This document shows, piece after piece, positions 39,301 to 54,800 of a stretch of DNA of 64,000 nucleotides (positions are counted from its first letter, which is position 1; each line of letters opens with the position of its first letter). This stretch comes from Ptychomitrium polyphyllum (lineage: Eukaryota): the NCBI GenBank assembly GCA_973851085.1, contig OZ316776.1:2790001-2854000 (forward strand), written 5' to 3'. The translations under genes and the position numbers were made by a program. The notes beneath the pieces are model-generated. The model did no database searches, was not told the DNA's origin, and was given only the letters and a program-made list of their open reading frames with translations.

Positions 39301-42300
39301 GCCTTGGACAACTTTCTACCCAATTAACCTGATCCAAGTTCATGTCCTGTATTGTTGGTTTTAGCAGGATTTATTGCATTTTCACAAAAATATTTTAATA
39401 CTGGCAAAGTATCCAATTAAAAATCTTGTTGAAAACATAATCTTCCTAAGATTTTGTTATGTATTTATTAAGTCGTTTCTTAACAAACATGCTATCAACT
39501 ACAATTTCTAGAAAACTCTTTAGATATATAAGGCCTTTGGATGTTCTTGTATTTGGTTTCTTGTCACTTATTACATTTGGATGTCAGAGCAGTAGAACTT
39601 GAGTTTTAATTTCTCTTACATTGATATTGATAATTGTTCTTTCATACCATTTATATTGATAAATCCTTCTAATCACAATTACAAAAATGTTTCTTAAACT
39701 TGCATAATCATTAAAGCTTGCTAACAGCAAATGAAGGTCATATAGCTTAACAACACCTTTGATATAAACTATTTCTAGGACTAAATGCCAAATTTTTAGG
39801 GAAACCAAATTTCCAACAAAAAGCACAATTAGACAGGAAATAAGAAAGTTCAAGTTGTATTTTGAGGGAAAACAATATTTTTAGAACAATATAAATCATT
39901 TAGTACTGCCACTTTAAAATAGGCTACTATACTGCTTACCCCTCAGCCTTGTGTCTGTCGTCATACCTGACTGAGGAGGATCTGTTCTGTTTTTCAGTTA
40001 TGAAACTCCATATTATTCCATTTGCACTAAAGGAAAACCAAACCGATTATTTTTTTATAAAAAAAACACAGCAGCATGCATGACTTCAACAAATATCCAA
40101 TCCTCACATCACATCTGCTTGCTCTGCAACAGGCGGACTTCAGCTTGTGAGCGCTAATTTCAAGAACCAGGGGTGATGATGAGCCTCATTGCCCAAGGAG
40201 TTCATCATTTTGTGTACTGAGTGTCAGGCTGAGTTCTATCAAGCTAGGATGAGAAAGGAGACAAAAAGCTGTAAGTTTGGTAAGGTAAACCTCATTTCCC
40301 ACATAACATTGTCCAGCACCTAAAGCAACTCACCCTCACCTTGGAAAGTGGGAAGCCAACAATAATGGATAAAGGAATGGTCTTGAAACAAATATGGAAG
40401 TCCTAACATACCAAAAAGTTATTTTCATACTATACGTTCACTAAAGTAAGGAGATTTATCCATGACAAAGACCTAGATATGTTTTAATAATACTATACAA
40501 AAAACTTTCTTATTGTGAAATTTCAACATATTGTTGATAAAGACAAAATTTGATTTTGTCATAAATGGGGTTCATCAAGATTAGGTTACTTGCTAAAATA
40601 TAGTGGTGAAATGGAATTTCTACATTGATAATGCTACTTTCTTGGTCACAATATTTAAGAGATTTTTTAGGAGCTTTGTAGCTTCTTTTTGCCACTTACA
40701 ATATGGGGTACCACTATATTTTAAAACCAGCAATGAGAATTTTGAATAAGGATATTTGGAAGTTGTTTGTGAAATACACTTTAAGAAAATGGTATTAATG
40801 CAAATTTTTATTAAAATAAACAATAACTAGTAAAGCACATGTGAATTCAAAACCACAATTTTTTTACAAAAACTATATAGCAATCCACAAAAAACAAAAT
40901 GGTCATAACATTCTTAATATTTTAAAGTTTTTTTGGTTTGTTTTTGCTTTTGTCTTTAAGCATCAAATTACTATAAATAATTTATTAAAAAATAAATCTT
41001 AAATAAGTTCAATTCTAGTATAGTTATTCAATTTATACAATTTTCTATTACTTCAAAGAAAGACATTTCAAAACATCATTTTTTTCAAGTATTTTGATTT
41101 TTTTAAATTTGAATTATAATATGAAGTAAAAAAAATTAAAGATAAAATCAAATTTTTCCAAAGTATATCAAATTAGAATTTCTATGTTTACTCTAAAAGT
41201 GGCTACATATCAAAAGAACTTGTCAAAAGCCCATTTTATTGTAATTTGGAACTTGTCAAAAGTCAATTATTTTTTCAAATGAATAGATTCTAGCCTATAT
41301 TTTTCCTTGCATAGTACTTTAAAATTACAACTATAATCTCTCCTTGTTTTTTTTCCTTTCTTCTTTTTTATTGTATTTTATAAAGCCTAAAGTTTTCAAA
41401 TGAATTTAAACTCATTTTTCCACAAAATAAGCAAAATCAGATTATAGATTATGTTTTGCCAAATCAATGCAAAACCTTTGTGATGTCAAGGCTTGGTTGG
41501 AAGTCTCAAACTTTGGACCTTTCCAAATGTTTTTAGCATAGATCACAAGGAATTAATATTTATTAAGAAAACATTACAAAAATACAAGGCCAAGAGTTAT
41601 TTTTTTCAACAAATAATTCTATTGAAATAAGTCCATTTCATAAAAAAATTATATAGAGGTACATAAAGACATCAAAATCATACTTCAAGAACCATCATCC
41701 AATCTACAATTTCACGTAATCTTTAAATCAATTCTAGATCATAAAAATAATCTAAATCATATTTTATTGAAGATTGAAGAAGATTTTGTATAAACTAATT
41801 CATCAAGTTAAATTCAAGCCTTTGCACATTCCGTGTCACATGCCCTCAAAATCTTTTAAGTTAGAACAACCTTAAACTTATAATTTAGTTATAGAGTGTT
41901 TGTAAAATAGCAATGAAAGTAAATTGATATTTTTCTCTAACAGAAAAATAAAGATTGTGAAGAATGACTTTTTTCATATTTTGATCATCAATTTTAAACT
42001 TACAACAAATTTCAAAGCCTAAAGGTAATCACGCTCTCAAATTTATAAATAGGTCCATCCTAAATCAATATATAGGTTGCCTACAAATTTATGCTTTTAG
42101 CTTCTTAGAAAATCAGCCCAAATAGACTAAAGGTTGATTAGCTCATATTAGATTTTAACAAATCGTTCAGGTTGTAGTGGATGCTAGTTTTGAGAAATTT
42201 TATAGATTAGTTTTTGGAGGCGCTATTGGTTTTGCATTGCTCTACATAGTGGTGGTTTCCCGCAGTCCAAGAGGGGTGAGCTGCTTCACCTCCTCAAGAA

Positions 42301-45300
42301 TGTTATGCCACTGAAGTGCATAGAATGAGGGAGTAGACATAGTTCTGATGTCCATGCTACGTGTGCGAGAACTCAGAAGTGATTTGCAAAATGTGAAAGC
42401 TTTAATAGTCCAGATCGAAGTAGAGAGGGCCATCATCATAAGGAGTGAGGTGCCTAGCGGCCGGGCCACATACCAAGATATTGAACAATGTGCCCGTTTC
42501 CAGCCTCAGCAACATCACAGTTCACAGCAGTGGAGGGCTCAGTGGTTCAGTAGTAACTTATTGAAGGCAGTAGGAAGGTGGTTAAACAACATCCCAATCA
42601 ATCCGCACTAGTTGAGTACAAAACTCATGTAATTAAGCGGGTGCTCTTGCAGGGAAGGATCCTGAAGTGTGCAAAGCCAACTGAAGCTGCTGAACCTTGA
42701 AAGACTTTAATAGACAGCGGTCTACTTGAAAGTTTTCTGTTCCAGGAAATAAACCAAAAACTCAACAGAATTTTCTTTGTGAAACATATCTCGAAACTTA
42801 TTTTTATCACAAAACAAGAGAAAACTCACATTTCAAAGTGCCTTTTGATGGATCACTGAGGGGCTTTTGCAATATTAGGGTGTTGTTGGAAAGCCTTGAA
42901 CTTTGGACGGCCTTGAAGCTAATTGAGCTCTCCGAGATAAATCCTTTGTTTGTCCTAGGTACCTAGAGCTCTCTAACTTGCTCCTCCAAACTAAGAGTGT
43001 TTTAATGCTTGTATTATAGATTGTTGGGAACTATTCTTTATAGGAAGAAGAAACCCCAAACACACAAGATGAGGGAATTCTACTTAATAAATACCTCTAT
43101 TAGATACATTGGTGTATTTTTAGCATAATTTGTTAGTAAGAAATTCCAAATTGGAAATTTGATAATTCATGCAAATCAAATCAATATGAATTCAATATGA
43201 AGTTCACTTTCACCTCAAATCTATCAGGGATGTAAAAAAATTTCAAATACAATAAACTAATTTTGTATGGTACTAATTGTAATGGCCACTCTGAACCTTC
43301 AAGAATTGTAAACAAACTTCAATTTGGTGACATGCGCATTATATTCTAGTTAGATACATTGAACATTGGCTAAAATTGCATTAGTACTATAATATGTAGT
43401 AGAAATACCTACAAATAATCATTTAAATATAGAAAGGTATTCATGGTTCATATAGAATGTTCCAAATAATTGCATACTTTATTTGGAAATTGTATATATG
43501 ATAAAGGCAGGTATATTTGGAATTTTGTTAAAGAAATAGGTCTTCCATGATTCTTTTTCAATTTTATTTTTAAAGCCTATTTTTTATTTTAATCAACAAG
43601 TATACATAATCAACAACCATTCATTTAAAAAACTTTTTTATTTTTTTATTATAGAATTAACAATTATTGTCAATCAAATTAGGTTTTTAATTCTGAATCT
43701 ATATTTCATGTTAATACTTTGGCGGCTTGCAATGCCATTCTTTCTTCCTTTAGGCCTTGTAATATATAATTGCTTGTGTTTTTTATTTTATTTAATAGAA
43801 GCAAGTATATCTTGTGTAGTTCAATTGTAAATCAATAACAAAATATATGTGCCTTGAAAAAACACACACAACATGCACCTAATATGTATACTATGAATAG
43901 ACAATGTCCATTTTACAATGCCAACTACACTAAATATATCTATTTTAATGGATTGAAAGGAAATCAATTCATTTGTACTTATACAATCATAAAGTTTTAA
44001 TGGAATGTTGATTGGGAAAAATTTAGAGATAATCTTTGTATACAAAATCCATAATCACATACCAAAAATAAAATCAAACATATGTCTTTTTTACTTTTTT
44101 GTTTCTTTATCATTTTGAATTTTTCAATAAACAACCTCTTATATTACTTTGGATATATGTTATAGGTGCCCACATTATCAAATCATTTAATGTATAAAAT
44201 ATAGGAATGCTTATATTATTTGTAAATGATTTATAACATTTGAATAGTAGCTAATTTAAACAAAGGACTTTGAAAATATAAAAAGAGAAATAACCAAAAT
44301 TTTCTAAACATTACATAAATACATTGCAATTTGACTAAATATAATAGCATACAAATTACATATCTTATGAGCACTAGAAAAAATCAGAAGACTATGTTGA
44401 ATCAAAATCCAAAATCCAAATAATTCAAACCGGTTGAATGTAGAGTACAATTGTATATTTATAACATTTCTGTAAAGTACAACAATCCATTATCACTTTA
44501 ATAAATAATACTCACATTTGCAAATATTGTGTAAAATTTGTATAATTTATGATGGATAAAAAATGAGGTTCAGTTAATAATGCAACTAAAAAAATGTTTG
44601 ATGAAGGTTGAATAATTTTTTTTTTGTAAATTATTTTTTATGTAAATGGCCAAAAACAATTTGTAAATGGTCCTTAAAGGAAGATGTATTACTGATGCTA
44701 AATCTCATAGTAGCTGTAGTTCCTTGTGACGATGTGTTTTAGTCTGACCCAGTAGCACATAATACATGGTACATCATGTTAATGAAACCAGTCACACTGT
44801 CACCATGTATCATGCCATGTTGATGACAATTCAATATGAAAAATGGAATGGCCCCCAAGATGTATGAAGCAAAGTAAATGCCATGATCATGTCACATTGC
44901 GTGTTTTAATTTACAACCAGTCACAATATAATTGCACAATAGCTTTAGCATGCATGTATTTGCCTTTATTCTCATTTCCTATGTTAGATATTGGAATCAC
45001 ATGAAAATTATTGCCCACACAGACCTGTACTGGATCATGTGATTTACTCAGAAATCTGCCATGCTCTCTCTCTCATATCAAAGAGTTCACATAAAGGCCT
45101 CATGTTCTACCATCAGTGATAGAATGCCACCTAATGGCTTACCTTACACCTTATACCTTTTGTACAAGAGATTGGAGAAGCAAAAATTTCAGCCCAAAAT
45201 ATGGGTATTTTATACATAAGATGGTCCAAGGGAGAAGATGAAACGATACAAAAACAATCAAGATAAAGAAAGTCTTCTCTTAAGAATCAATTGTTGGGTT

Positions 45301-48300
45301 GGAATTCCAAGATCAAATATAATCAACAAGAGAAGACTTTTTTGTTGTCAAGATGTTTGTATGCTTGTCTAGTAAGCACAAGGTTTATTTTTTCTTATAG
45401 TAGGCTAAGAATCTTATGTCATATACATAACTTTTTGCTTTTAGTTTAAGTGTTTATTCTAATCAAATGTTTCTATTTTGATCTATTAGACTCCTTTCAC
45501 TTTCAACATTCCACAACTTCCATCTTAAAAAGCTTCAAACCTTCAAAATTTGTTTTTTAAAACCACAATTCATCAAAAAAATAATTTTTAAGTATTGTAT
45601 CATTTTGCACAATGAACCAAATTGAATAACCTAAATTCTACCAACTTAATAGTTAAGATAGGTGTTGCAAACTTATGCATAAAATGCATTTCAATACCTT
45701 CTAAGTACACTTCAAGACACTAGACTGTTGGAAGACATCCTTAAATTTCTAAATTCATTCCAAATGCTCACCAATACAAATTCTATGTTACATTTTTTCA
45801 CTCCAATACCAATTTTCATGAATCAACACCCTACTTTCTTCCTCCTTAAATCTTCAATTTCTCTTAATCTTCCAACCAATGATAAACCACTACCATGAAG
45901 TTCAATAAGAGGCCAATATCATGTGGTTCAATTATAAGCTACCACCCTGTGGTTGCTTGGTTATCTTCTAATTATTCACCTAGCCCCACCTAATCCATTC
46001 TATCAAGTCATTTCCATTAGCATAAATAAAGATAAACGAACCTTACACTACCATCAATGTAATTGTATACTTAAAACAACAAAATAAACACACAAATGCC
46101 TATGATATAATCCTGAAGTGATCTATGTTGTAACAAGATACTATAGGTTAAAAGTTGGGCAAAAGGGAGAGCACAATCCCTCCCTTATTGAATAACTCTA
46201 TGGTCAATGAGATAGAACACCGACTTTTCTCACAACGACCAGTTCTTTTTGAATTTCATGTCAATTTCTGTGAGGCAGGGCAGCTTGTTAAATTTTATGA
46301 CTCGGATGCATGCTCGCCTGCCATGTGAACAATCTGAACTTATGGCAGGTGGCTGTCAGGATATAGACCTGGGTCTTAGTTTTGATGATTATCATGAATA
46401 GTAGGGTAGGATGACAAAATTTGTTAGTGTAATGGAAGGTCAGCTCAAGCTAAGGAGGAGCCTGGAGATTAGGGGCATTGGTCCTTGGATCATGCAGGTG
46501 CAAGCATGACCAGCGGGGACTTTGTTGGTCCACCGAGGCATCATCAGACAGATGGTTATGTCATTTGAGATTACCACAAGGAATTTTAGAAGTGCTGCTT
46601 GAAGAGAATTAGCAAGAATTGTAGGGAAGGAGGTCACAATGAGGGACGGATACACCTACCAGAGTCCTATACCTGGGCTCCTTAAAATATTGTGCATGCC
46701 CACAAAAAAATGATCACTCAGAGGCCTGCATGCTGCATGCTCAGCATCTGAAGGATCCAACTTCAAACATAACATGTTGTATGTGTATGGTACTCTTACA
46801 AAATCAAGTGCTACTATTTTCTTAGAAGAAAAGCTTCAGTTATAAAATGGATAAAAGTACTTAAATTCTTATATGCATATTTGAAGTGCTTAAACCATCC
46901 CTCTTATGTTCATAAAAATTGCTTAATTTTTTGAATTCTAATGTGCTTGAAGTAGAAGCTAAATAATTTCAACTTGGGACATTTTATTGGTCAACTCACA
47001 TCCATCTGAAATAAGACTTTTTATGTATGAGACACACTCTTAATCTTGTTGAAAACACTATGTTCTTGGGTACTTGTTGAGGTTAAATGCTTCAAAGCAC
47101 ATTGAATGCAACAATATGCCCCAACCCTTGGACTGTGAGTGCAACAAACTGCACAACTAAAGAAGAGAGGGTATGAGTAGCACTATAGTACACAGTCATG
47201 ATACCCCTGTGGTCACACCGAAGTACGTGAGGTGTAGATAGGGTGTGATAGATCATTCAACCAGGACACTAGACTAACTTGGAGGAACTCTCCTTCTGAA
47301 GTCTCGTAAAACCATTTAGTATTCAGTAATGCATGCACTAGATGTGCTTACAGGGCTTGAGTACCATGGCAGCAGCCATACCTTTCAGAGACCTGAGAGA
47401 GACATATTACCCAGACTATTCAATGCATAGCACTTACAGGCCAAGACCCACATTCTAATGAGGGTACTCCCAGTGTTCTACCAAGCGTACTTTCAAATTT
47501 CCTTTGAAGTTAACTTTTGTTAAAGGTACTACCAACTCGTAGTTAATATACTGCTACTGACAGCAGTGAAATAATGGTGCAACTCCTAAACTAAGACACA
47601 AATGGCAATTGCTAACATGACATTGTAGAGCAGCTTACTTGGATACCTTTTCAAAGAAGCATACATGTATAATATATTATAAACATTTACTTTCTTGCCA
47701 GAACATGACTCGTACTCACAATCACCATGTTAGATAATGTTATGAACTTCTTCTGGTATGGCCCCTTCTTATTCTATAATATCGTGAATTTATTAAAGAA
47801 TATAAAAGCTTTAAGAAGACGTTACACCAACATTGTAACTTTGAATCAAACATATTGTATTGTTATTGCCAAATTTATACAATTATGGCTTAAATTCCTT
47901 TCAAATTCCATGAATAGACATAATGCATATTAATTCCTAAAGTCTATGACCTATACTGATGGAGTCAAACTATAACTGAATTTGATTGAATACATCATTT
48001 TAGTTAATTGATCATGATTGAGATTGAACATAAAGAGCCAAGTTTTCCAAAATATATATATGCAATATTCTCAGTGTTGTGCTCAAAATCTTAAAAACAT
48101 AAAATAATTTAAACACCTTAAAACTCCAACAACATGTTGATTTTTATTTGCACTTGAATATTTTTTCAAAGATAATTTTTTTTGTAATACACGCCTGCTA
48201 TATTCATAATAATCTTACACAGTGAAGCAAATTAGCCTCACCTTGGAAAATCAACAATAAATGATAGTGACAATACATGGCACTATGTGCTTGAAAACAT

Positions 48301-51300
48301 GAGTTTAGTTTTGTAACTTCAGTTTTGACACATAAATTCTCTCAAATTTTAAGCAAAAATATTTCTGAAAAAGGGGTGGGATCTTTGAAAGATGCAATGA
48401 TTCCTTTGGAAGAGGGTGTTCTGAAGTGTCACTGAAGCATGTTGTCTTTGACACAGGACATTAGGGGTTAACCAAATGAGACATTGTTCCAATTCTGTAA
48501 GTAATGTGTGTGTGGGCAACAATCAGGAACAATCACCAGTACATATCCAAAGTCACAGCTGAATGGGGATAGTTTGTCCTAAACTCCTATCTATGATGTG
48601 TGGCTTAGCCCTAAAGCTGTCATGTATAGATAGAGCTTCAGGAGGAGAACGGCCAGCAAGGATATCCTGATGATAGGTACAAATGGGATCAAAAATGGTG
48701 AAGGAAACCTCTCACCTGCTCATTAATAATGGATCGTGTCTCCTCTGGAATTCAGTACTGCAGGATTAACAGTCATCACAACAGTCTCTTGAAGGACTAA
48801 CGCCTTTAGGACATCGAAATTACTATGGGGTCTTTTTTTTTCTTTTTTTTTTCCTTACTTCAGCAAAGACTTACTGGCGACGAAAAATATTATGTTGCAG
48901 CCAAAAACTTATACATTTATCCATATATTTGGTATAAAATCACTTTTGTCAATATCATTTTTAATTTCATTTAATTTGTTTACATCATTCATTTTATTTT
49001 TTTAAACGTATGAAATATCATTTTATCATCCATAATTTTTCTACAAATTCGATACTATTTGTAATCAAAAAAAAATAAAATTTTGGCAACAATTTGGCTA
49101 CACATAGCCTATATATTGAGCATTGGCCTAAATTCATACCAACATTTTCTTCTCTAAAGGTTAATATTAAGAAATGAAAGTTTCTACACACCACAACATT
49201 TTTAAGTGACCCTTCTAAGCATCATCTTCAAATGTAATAATTACATCATTCTAAGATAAGATTTCACTATCAAAATCTTATTCAAATGTAGATTGAAGGA
49301 ATTGAGGCAATAAACCTCCAATTTCTTAGCTTTGGCTATGAATTGCTATAGAATTATGCAAAGTTCAAATCCTAGTGGTCATACTTATTGACTATCTTCA
49401 TTCACCAAGCAATTGACATTAATCTACAATAAGGTGGATATTGTAATAGAATGTGTTTATTATATTTCAATATTATTCTAATTACTCAGGAGTATTTTTA
49501 ATCAATTCAAATATGAATGTTATTATCTTTTTGGAATTTATTTTATTGAATGGATTCTAAACCATATGATATATACCTAATATGGAAAAAAACTATGTTT
49601 GTAGTGGTTACTTAAAGAATATAAAACCATACATTCTAAATTTTTTAAAATATTTAAGTATTTCAAACAACAAATAAACCCACTTCTTTGAGGAAATGAG
49701 TGTGTACTTGCGTTAAAGTTATAATTATGGATGTTATTACCTTAAAGGCAATCAATTCCTATTGCTAAAGAATGTTATGTATTTACACTTTCATCTTGCA
49801 TCAACATGTAGGGCATCTAATTTATTTCAAAATTAATACTATGTAAGAAAGAAAATGTACTATAGTTATAATCAATTCATTTAATTCTTTGATGCTTAAA
49901 TGATTTATAAATGAATTTAATAAATTATTCTATATTAACTAATACATAATAATTAATAATTAAAAATGTTGCTTCATAATTAAGTGAGCTTCTTAAACAT
50001 GCTTGACTTGTTAAATTTGCTTGACTTCCTAAACATGTTTGACTATGCATTTTTAATTAATGAATTAAATGGATAGAAAGTTGTAATATTTGAAGTAACG
50101 TCATAGTTTCCAAAGACCATTTTTAAAACTAATATTTTTATTACTAAACTTTTACATGACCAAACCATACTATTGAATGTTGAATTTGGCATTTTTTCCA
50201 TAATAAAGATGAAAAATCACCACTTCAATAATTAAAAATATATATTTAAGAACAAAATTAAACAAAGTGTTTTTTTAATTTTAAAAAAAAAAATTCATAC
50301 GATAAGCTTCATTTTGTGAATTCAAAAATAGATGAGGTTTACTACACCATGACCTTCAATATAATAAAATGCTCATTAAAAACATATTATGTAATAGAAA
50401 ATTTTGTAATAGAAAAAAGGATTATAAAATGAAGTTATCATGGTTTGTTCAAAAAATTTGATGATTTTGAATATCATTATATATGTGCAAGGTGTTTTTA
50501 AAAATCTTGCAATTCAAAAGTTACAAAAAATTCAAATAGTCTTCAAAAAATTCTAAAACTTCTATAAAAAATGCAAGATATGACATAAAATTAGCTTAAA
50601 ATTTTCATTAGAACATTGTTAATTTAAAACAATTTAAGGCTAATTTAAGTGCTATTGATTGCTTGGTTTAGCAAGATCCTAGACAACCATAGATTAGAGC
50701 TTTGTGACTTTGAAACAAATCTATAAATAATAATAATGACCTTTTTTTTGTGCGGCTAAAATAGAGACAACTCCAAAACTTATGAATCACCAATTTGTTC
50801 ATAGCCTTGATGCAATTATACTCCTAACCTTGGTCCACTATTAATTGATTATTATTCTTTAATTTTAAATAGACCATAGGAACATTGCTTCTTTGTTAAT
50901 CCAATTAAATACCATTCATCTTTTCAATTGAAGAAAAATGCCTATTAAAGATGGGGATAAGTATGAGCCTAAAATAATTCTATTGTATATGAATTAAAAT
51001 ATGTGCAATATTTTTATGTTGTTGGCATTTAAAACTAAGTGATACTTGAAGTATAGAACAAGTGGGTCTATATACCTAACTCCAATCTCAAACTTGGAGA
51101 CATATATTTTTGACTGCAAACAACTTCTATCTTTTTAAAAAGGTAAAAAACAAATTTATCATTGAACCTTTATAAATACAAGCAAAGACTAGACTAGCAT
51201 CCATTAAAATTCCTATTGTATAGCTCTCCAAGATTATTTTTCAAATCTTAGGTAATGTAGTTATGTTTGTAGAAGGTCAATTATTGACTATACTATAATA

Positions 51301-51599
51301 GCCATTATGCGCCAATATGTTCAACACTGGCCTATATATCCACACATTCTACCTTGATTCTAAGTCAACATTGTTAATAAATTCAATTTTAGAGACGGTT
51401 AGAAAAAATTAGGTTATTATAGAAGAAAGTTGTAATTTTCTTAAAGGATGGATTAAGATGGGCTATGTTGCTATACTTACTAAGACTAACAATTGCAAAA
51501 TTGATCTCAACAAAACTTGTTGCTCATACAATAGAAGGAAAGAGCCCACTATTGGGCGTGGAGTACTAAGTGCTATCTAATAAGCTACTAATACTTTCC

Positions 51600-51810
51600 A
51601 ATATGACGCTAAATTGATGAAGGGGAATAACAAAAGCCGTGATACCTTGCTCTTCTCTTCTAATAGTGAACGCCATGTTGTCTGCATAATGTCTTATGAA
51701 CTGCGATCCAAACACCTCTGCTGCTAGTAAAAAGAAGTAGGAAGAAAATGGATACCCTTGCCGGACCCGCTTAGGACTATATATCATGGCACTTAGCCAG
51801 GTGATCTTAC
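51600..51810 (-). mobile_element. Degenerate non-LTR retrotransposon (LINE) reverse-transcriptase fragment
   Basis: Translation KRVRQGYPFSSYFFLLAAEVFG...RHYADNMAF resembles the LINE RT motifs RGVRQGCPLSPYLF and YADD. The catalytic DD is altered to DN and the spacing between motifs is shortened. Confidence 0.7.
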
Positions 51811-54800
51811 CGTTTTGTGTTTTTCTCTCAGATCCGACGATATTCAGAGTTGTCGGGTCAACCCAGACTACCCGGGAGACATGCCCCGCACCCCTTCCTG
51901 GTGCGGGGCATCCTGCCTGTGATCCGTGGGCAGCCCGCTGAGTTACGAAATTCCGTTTGTGGAATAACACCGAAACAACCTCACGTGAAGACGTTTTCAC
52001 ACAGCGTGATCATTGCCCTACTTCAGAGCTACCCGTTCCTGGAGTCCCGACTCCCGACTCCCTAGTGTTCCCCAGCCCCTCCCCGATCCCTCCCTAGATT
52101 CCATGTCCCAAACTGTAAAGGCCCCCGAGTTCCAACATTCCCATGCGAACTTGTTTTCAACTCCTCACATTTATTTTTGAGGGATAACGTCCCGCAAATG
52201 CTGCACCATCAGGTACCGGTACTCGTCCCTATGCTCCCAGGCTCCTACTCGTGGCCCGGCGTCCGGTTCGGGAAAGGGCATTCCAGCATTAGAGAGGAGA
52301 CCAGACAGGTGGGATGGGGAATGGCCCGGTCCCAATGATTCTGGGTGGCTCTTGGGATGTGTCAGAAGTCCTCCAAGTTCGCAGAGCTTCGAAGGCCCCC
52401 AACATTAAGCAGTTTCATGGCTATACTAAGAAAGCTTGAACGCCTCCTACATTTAGCAAATTCTAGTTATGTTTAAGTTGTTATATTTGTAATACCCCTT
52501 GTTTTCGAACATGACAGGTTTTCTATTTGCCTGTGCCATGTGGGGGCCCAGGTTGCCACCCTCCTCTACTGATCAAGCTCGTGGTGGCTGCCATTGCAAA
52601 TTTGCAATTCTAATAGTAGTCGCTTGGTCATGCCACAGTGCGTTGTCAATGTCTGGCTGTGCAGGAAACTGGAACTGTGTACAGTACACGAGGAATTGTG
52701 TGTATACCAAGTCAACAGTGGGGTGGATTTGTGGAAGGCTTTCTAATCAAGATGACATGAAAGGGACCCCTGGCTATGTCTTCACTCACTGGCCGGTGGT
52801 GAGCCATGTGCAATTATGTATCATGTCGTTGTAACTTGTTGAGGAGAGTGAAGTATGAACCACACACCCTGTCTGAAGTTGCTGCACAATGCAGTTTCAT
52901 CACCAATTAATTGGCATCTGTTGCATATGGTCTGCAATCTTTGCACTGCTTTTGGACATGTGGATGCCAACAATGACAGGTTCCTTGTGAGATGACCTCC
53001 CTAGCAATAGAGTATAAACAGTGATGACATAGTTTAGGAACCAGAATCCTTAACCCTTGTGGGTCTCACTTTGAAGTAATTAAAATTGCCACTTTTTGTC
53101 AGAGGTCAACACATTGGATTTGAGCTCTTTTGTTCTTTTGAATGAATTGTTAATTGATTTATAGACAATCATGTAATATATGTTTAAGCAATTGAACATC
53201 TAATGTGCAAATGACAAGTGTAAATTGAATATCCATTTATTATAGGAAAAGTTTAGGGTTGGATAAAGTTCAATATTCCACTATTTCATGGCTGATGTCT
53301 ATTTTTTATGAATTTCTTCAAGATTTAGAAGGTGATTTTTTGAAAATAAAAATAACATTCTGATAAGATATCAACTTTACTTTCCAATTCAATTTAAATT
53401 ATGTCAATCCAAGTTATAATCCAATTAAAGGAAATTTTTAATGCAAAATACCTTTATGATTGTTTAAGTCTTTCAAAATTTGCTAGTGATCAAGAAAGTG
53501 ATCATATTTTTGTTATTTATGAATGTACTTTTATTTTTTTCATAATATAATTTATAACTAAAAATAATCATTCTGCAATCAATGTTTTTATATAGCATAA
53601 GAACCATATCTTGTAATAGATTAGGAATTTTATATGAGGTGAGGTGTTGAAGTTTAAGAAATTTATTAACTTTTAAAAACTAAGAACTTTAATAAAAAAA
53701 AATGTCTACTCACATTTTGTGTAGATGATGTTATTAATATATTTATAAAACTTCAATGCAACCAACTTGTAATAAAAGAAATTTAATTATTTATTTCTAT
53801 TAAATTCAAAATTTTCTACACTATAGTAAATTTTCTTAGCTACAAATGCACAAAAATCTGGATTAAAAGTTATATATCAAAATGTCTTCATTTTTAATTA
53901 AAAAGTTTTAACAATGAAATAAAACAACTGGAAAAATAATAAGATCTTTAGAAAAAGTATTTAGAAGGATTTTAAAAGTTAGTACATTGTTACATTGTTA
54001 ATTGTGATTGTTTTTGGATTTTGTTATTCCAAATAATAGTTGTTAAATTTTCAATAGGAATTAAAAATCAAGTGTACTTATGTCCTTTTTGTTACTATTC
54101 TTTATTGATTTGCCATTTTAGTTACACACCTTTTAAATCATTGAAAATTAAAGCAAGAATCTTCATGAACTTTATGGATTTTCTTAAAATAACAACAATT
54201 CCATATAATTAGATTTCAATAAGATTTCAATATGATTTTTCATTTTTTGGATTAATAAAAAAAAAAAAGTTAAAAAAAAATGTCTGACTAGACATAAAAA
54301 TACCATATATGTGTTCCTTTTAAATGATTATTTTGATTTTATATCTTATAATTGATTGTGATGCTTTGAGAGTTCTGAAGCTTGTCACTTTTAAAGAAAA
54401 GATACCATTGGCTGTATATATGATGTTCTTGGCATATTGATTTTATATCTTCACGATGGTGACATGTTGACATTTGATTAAACATCTTATAATTTATAGC
54501 AATGCAACAAAGAATTGAAATCTCCTCAGCTTTCAAAGATTCTGTTGACCGTGTGTGTGCTTCTCCTGATGTTACAATCTTTCATGTTATAAATGATGGT
54601 GATGCCATGAAGAAGTGAAATTCTAAGTGTACTCTTCAAATTGTACAATTTATGATTGATGATGATGCCAAAAGACGTGTACTCTTTTTTGCTTTCAGAG
54701 ACACTATCCATTAAAGATGTACTCTTCCTGGCATTATGATTCTGCATCTCATAAATTGTTCCACATCCTATGTTGACTATTCCTGACATTATAATTTTAC

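Noticed and set aside
42348..42611. 87-aa ORF and a CPCYVCEN string in another frame (CACTA-like)
   Set aside because: Too short and unsupported to assign; no transposase motifs or TIRs were seen.
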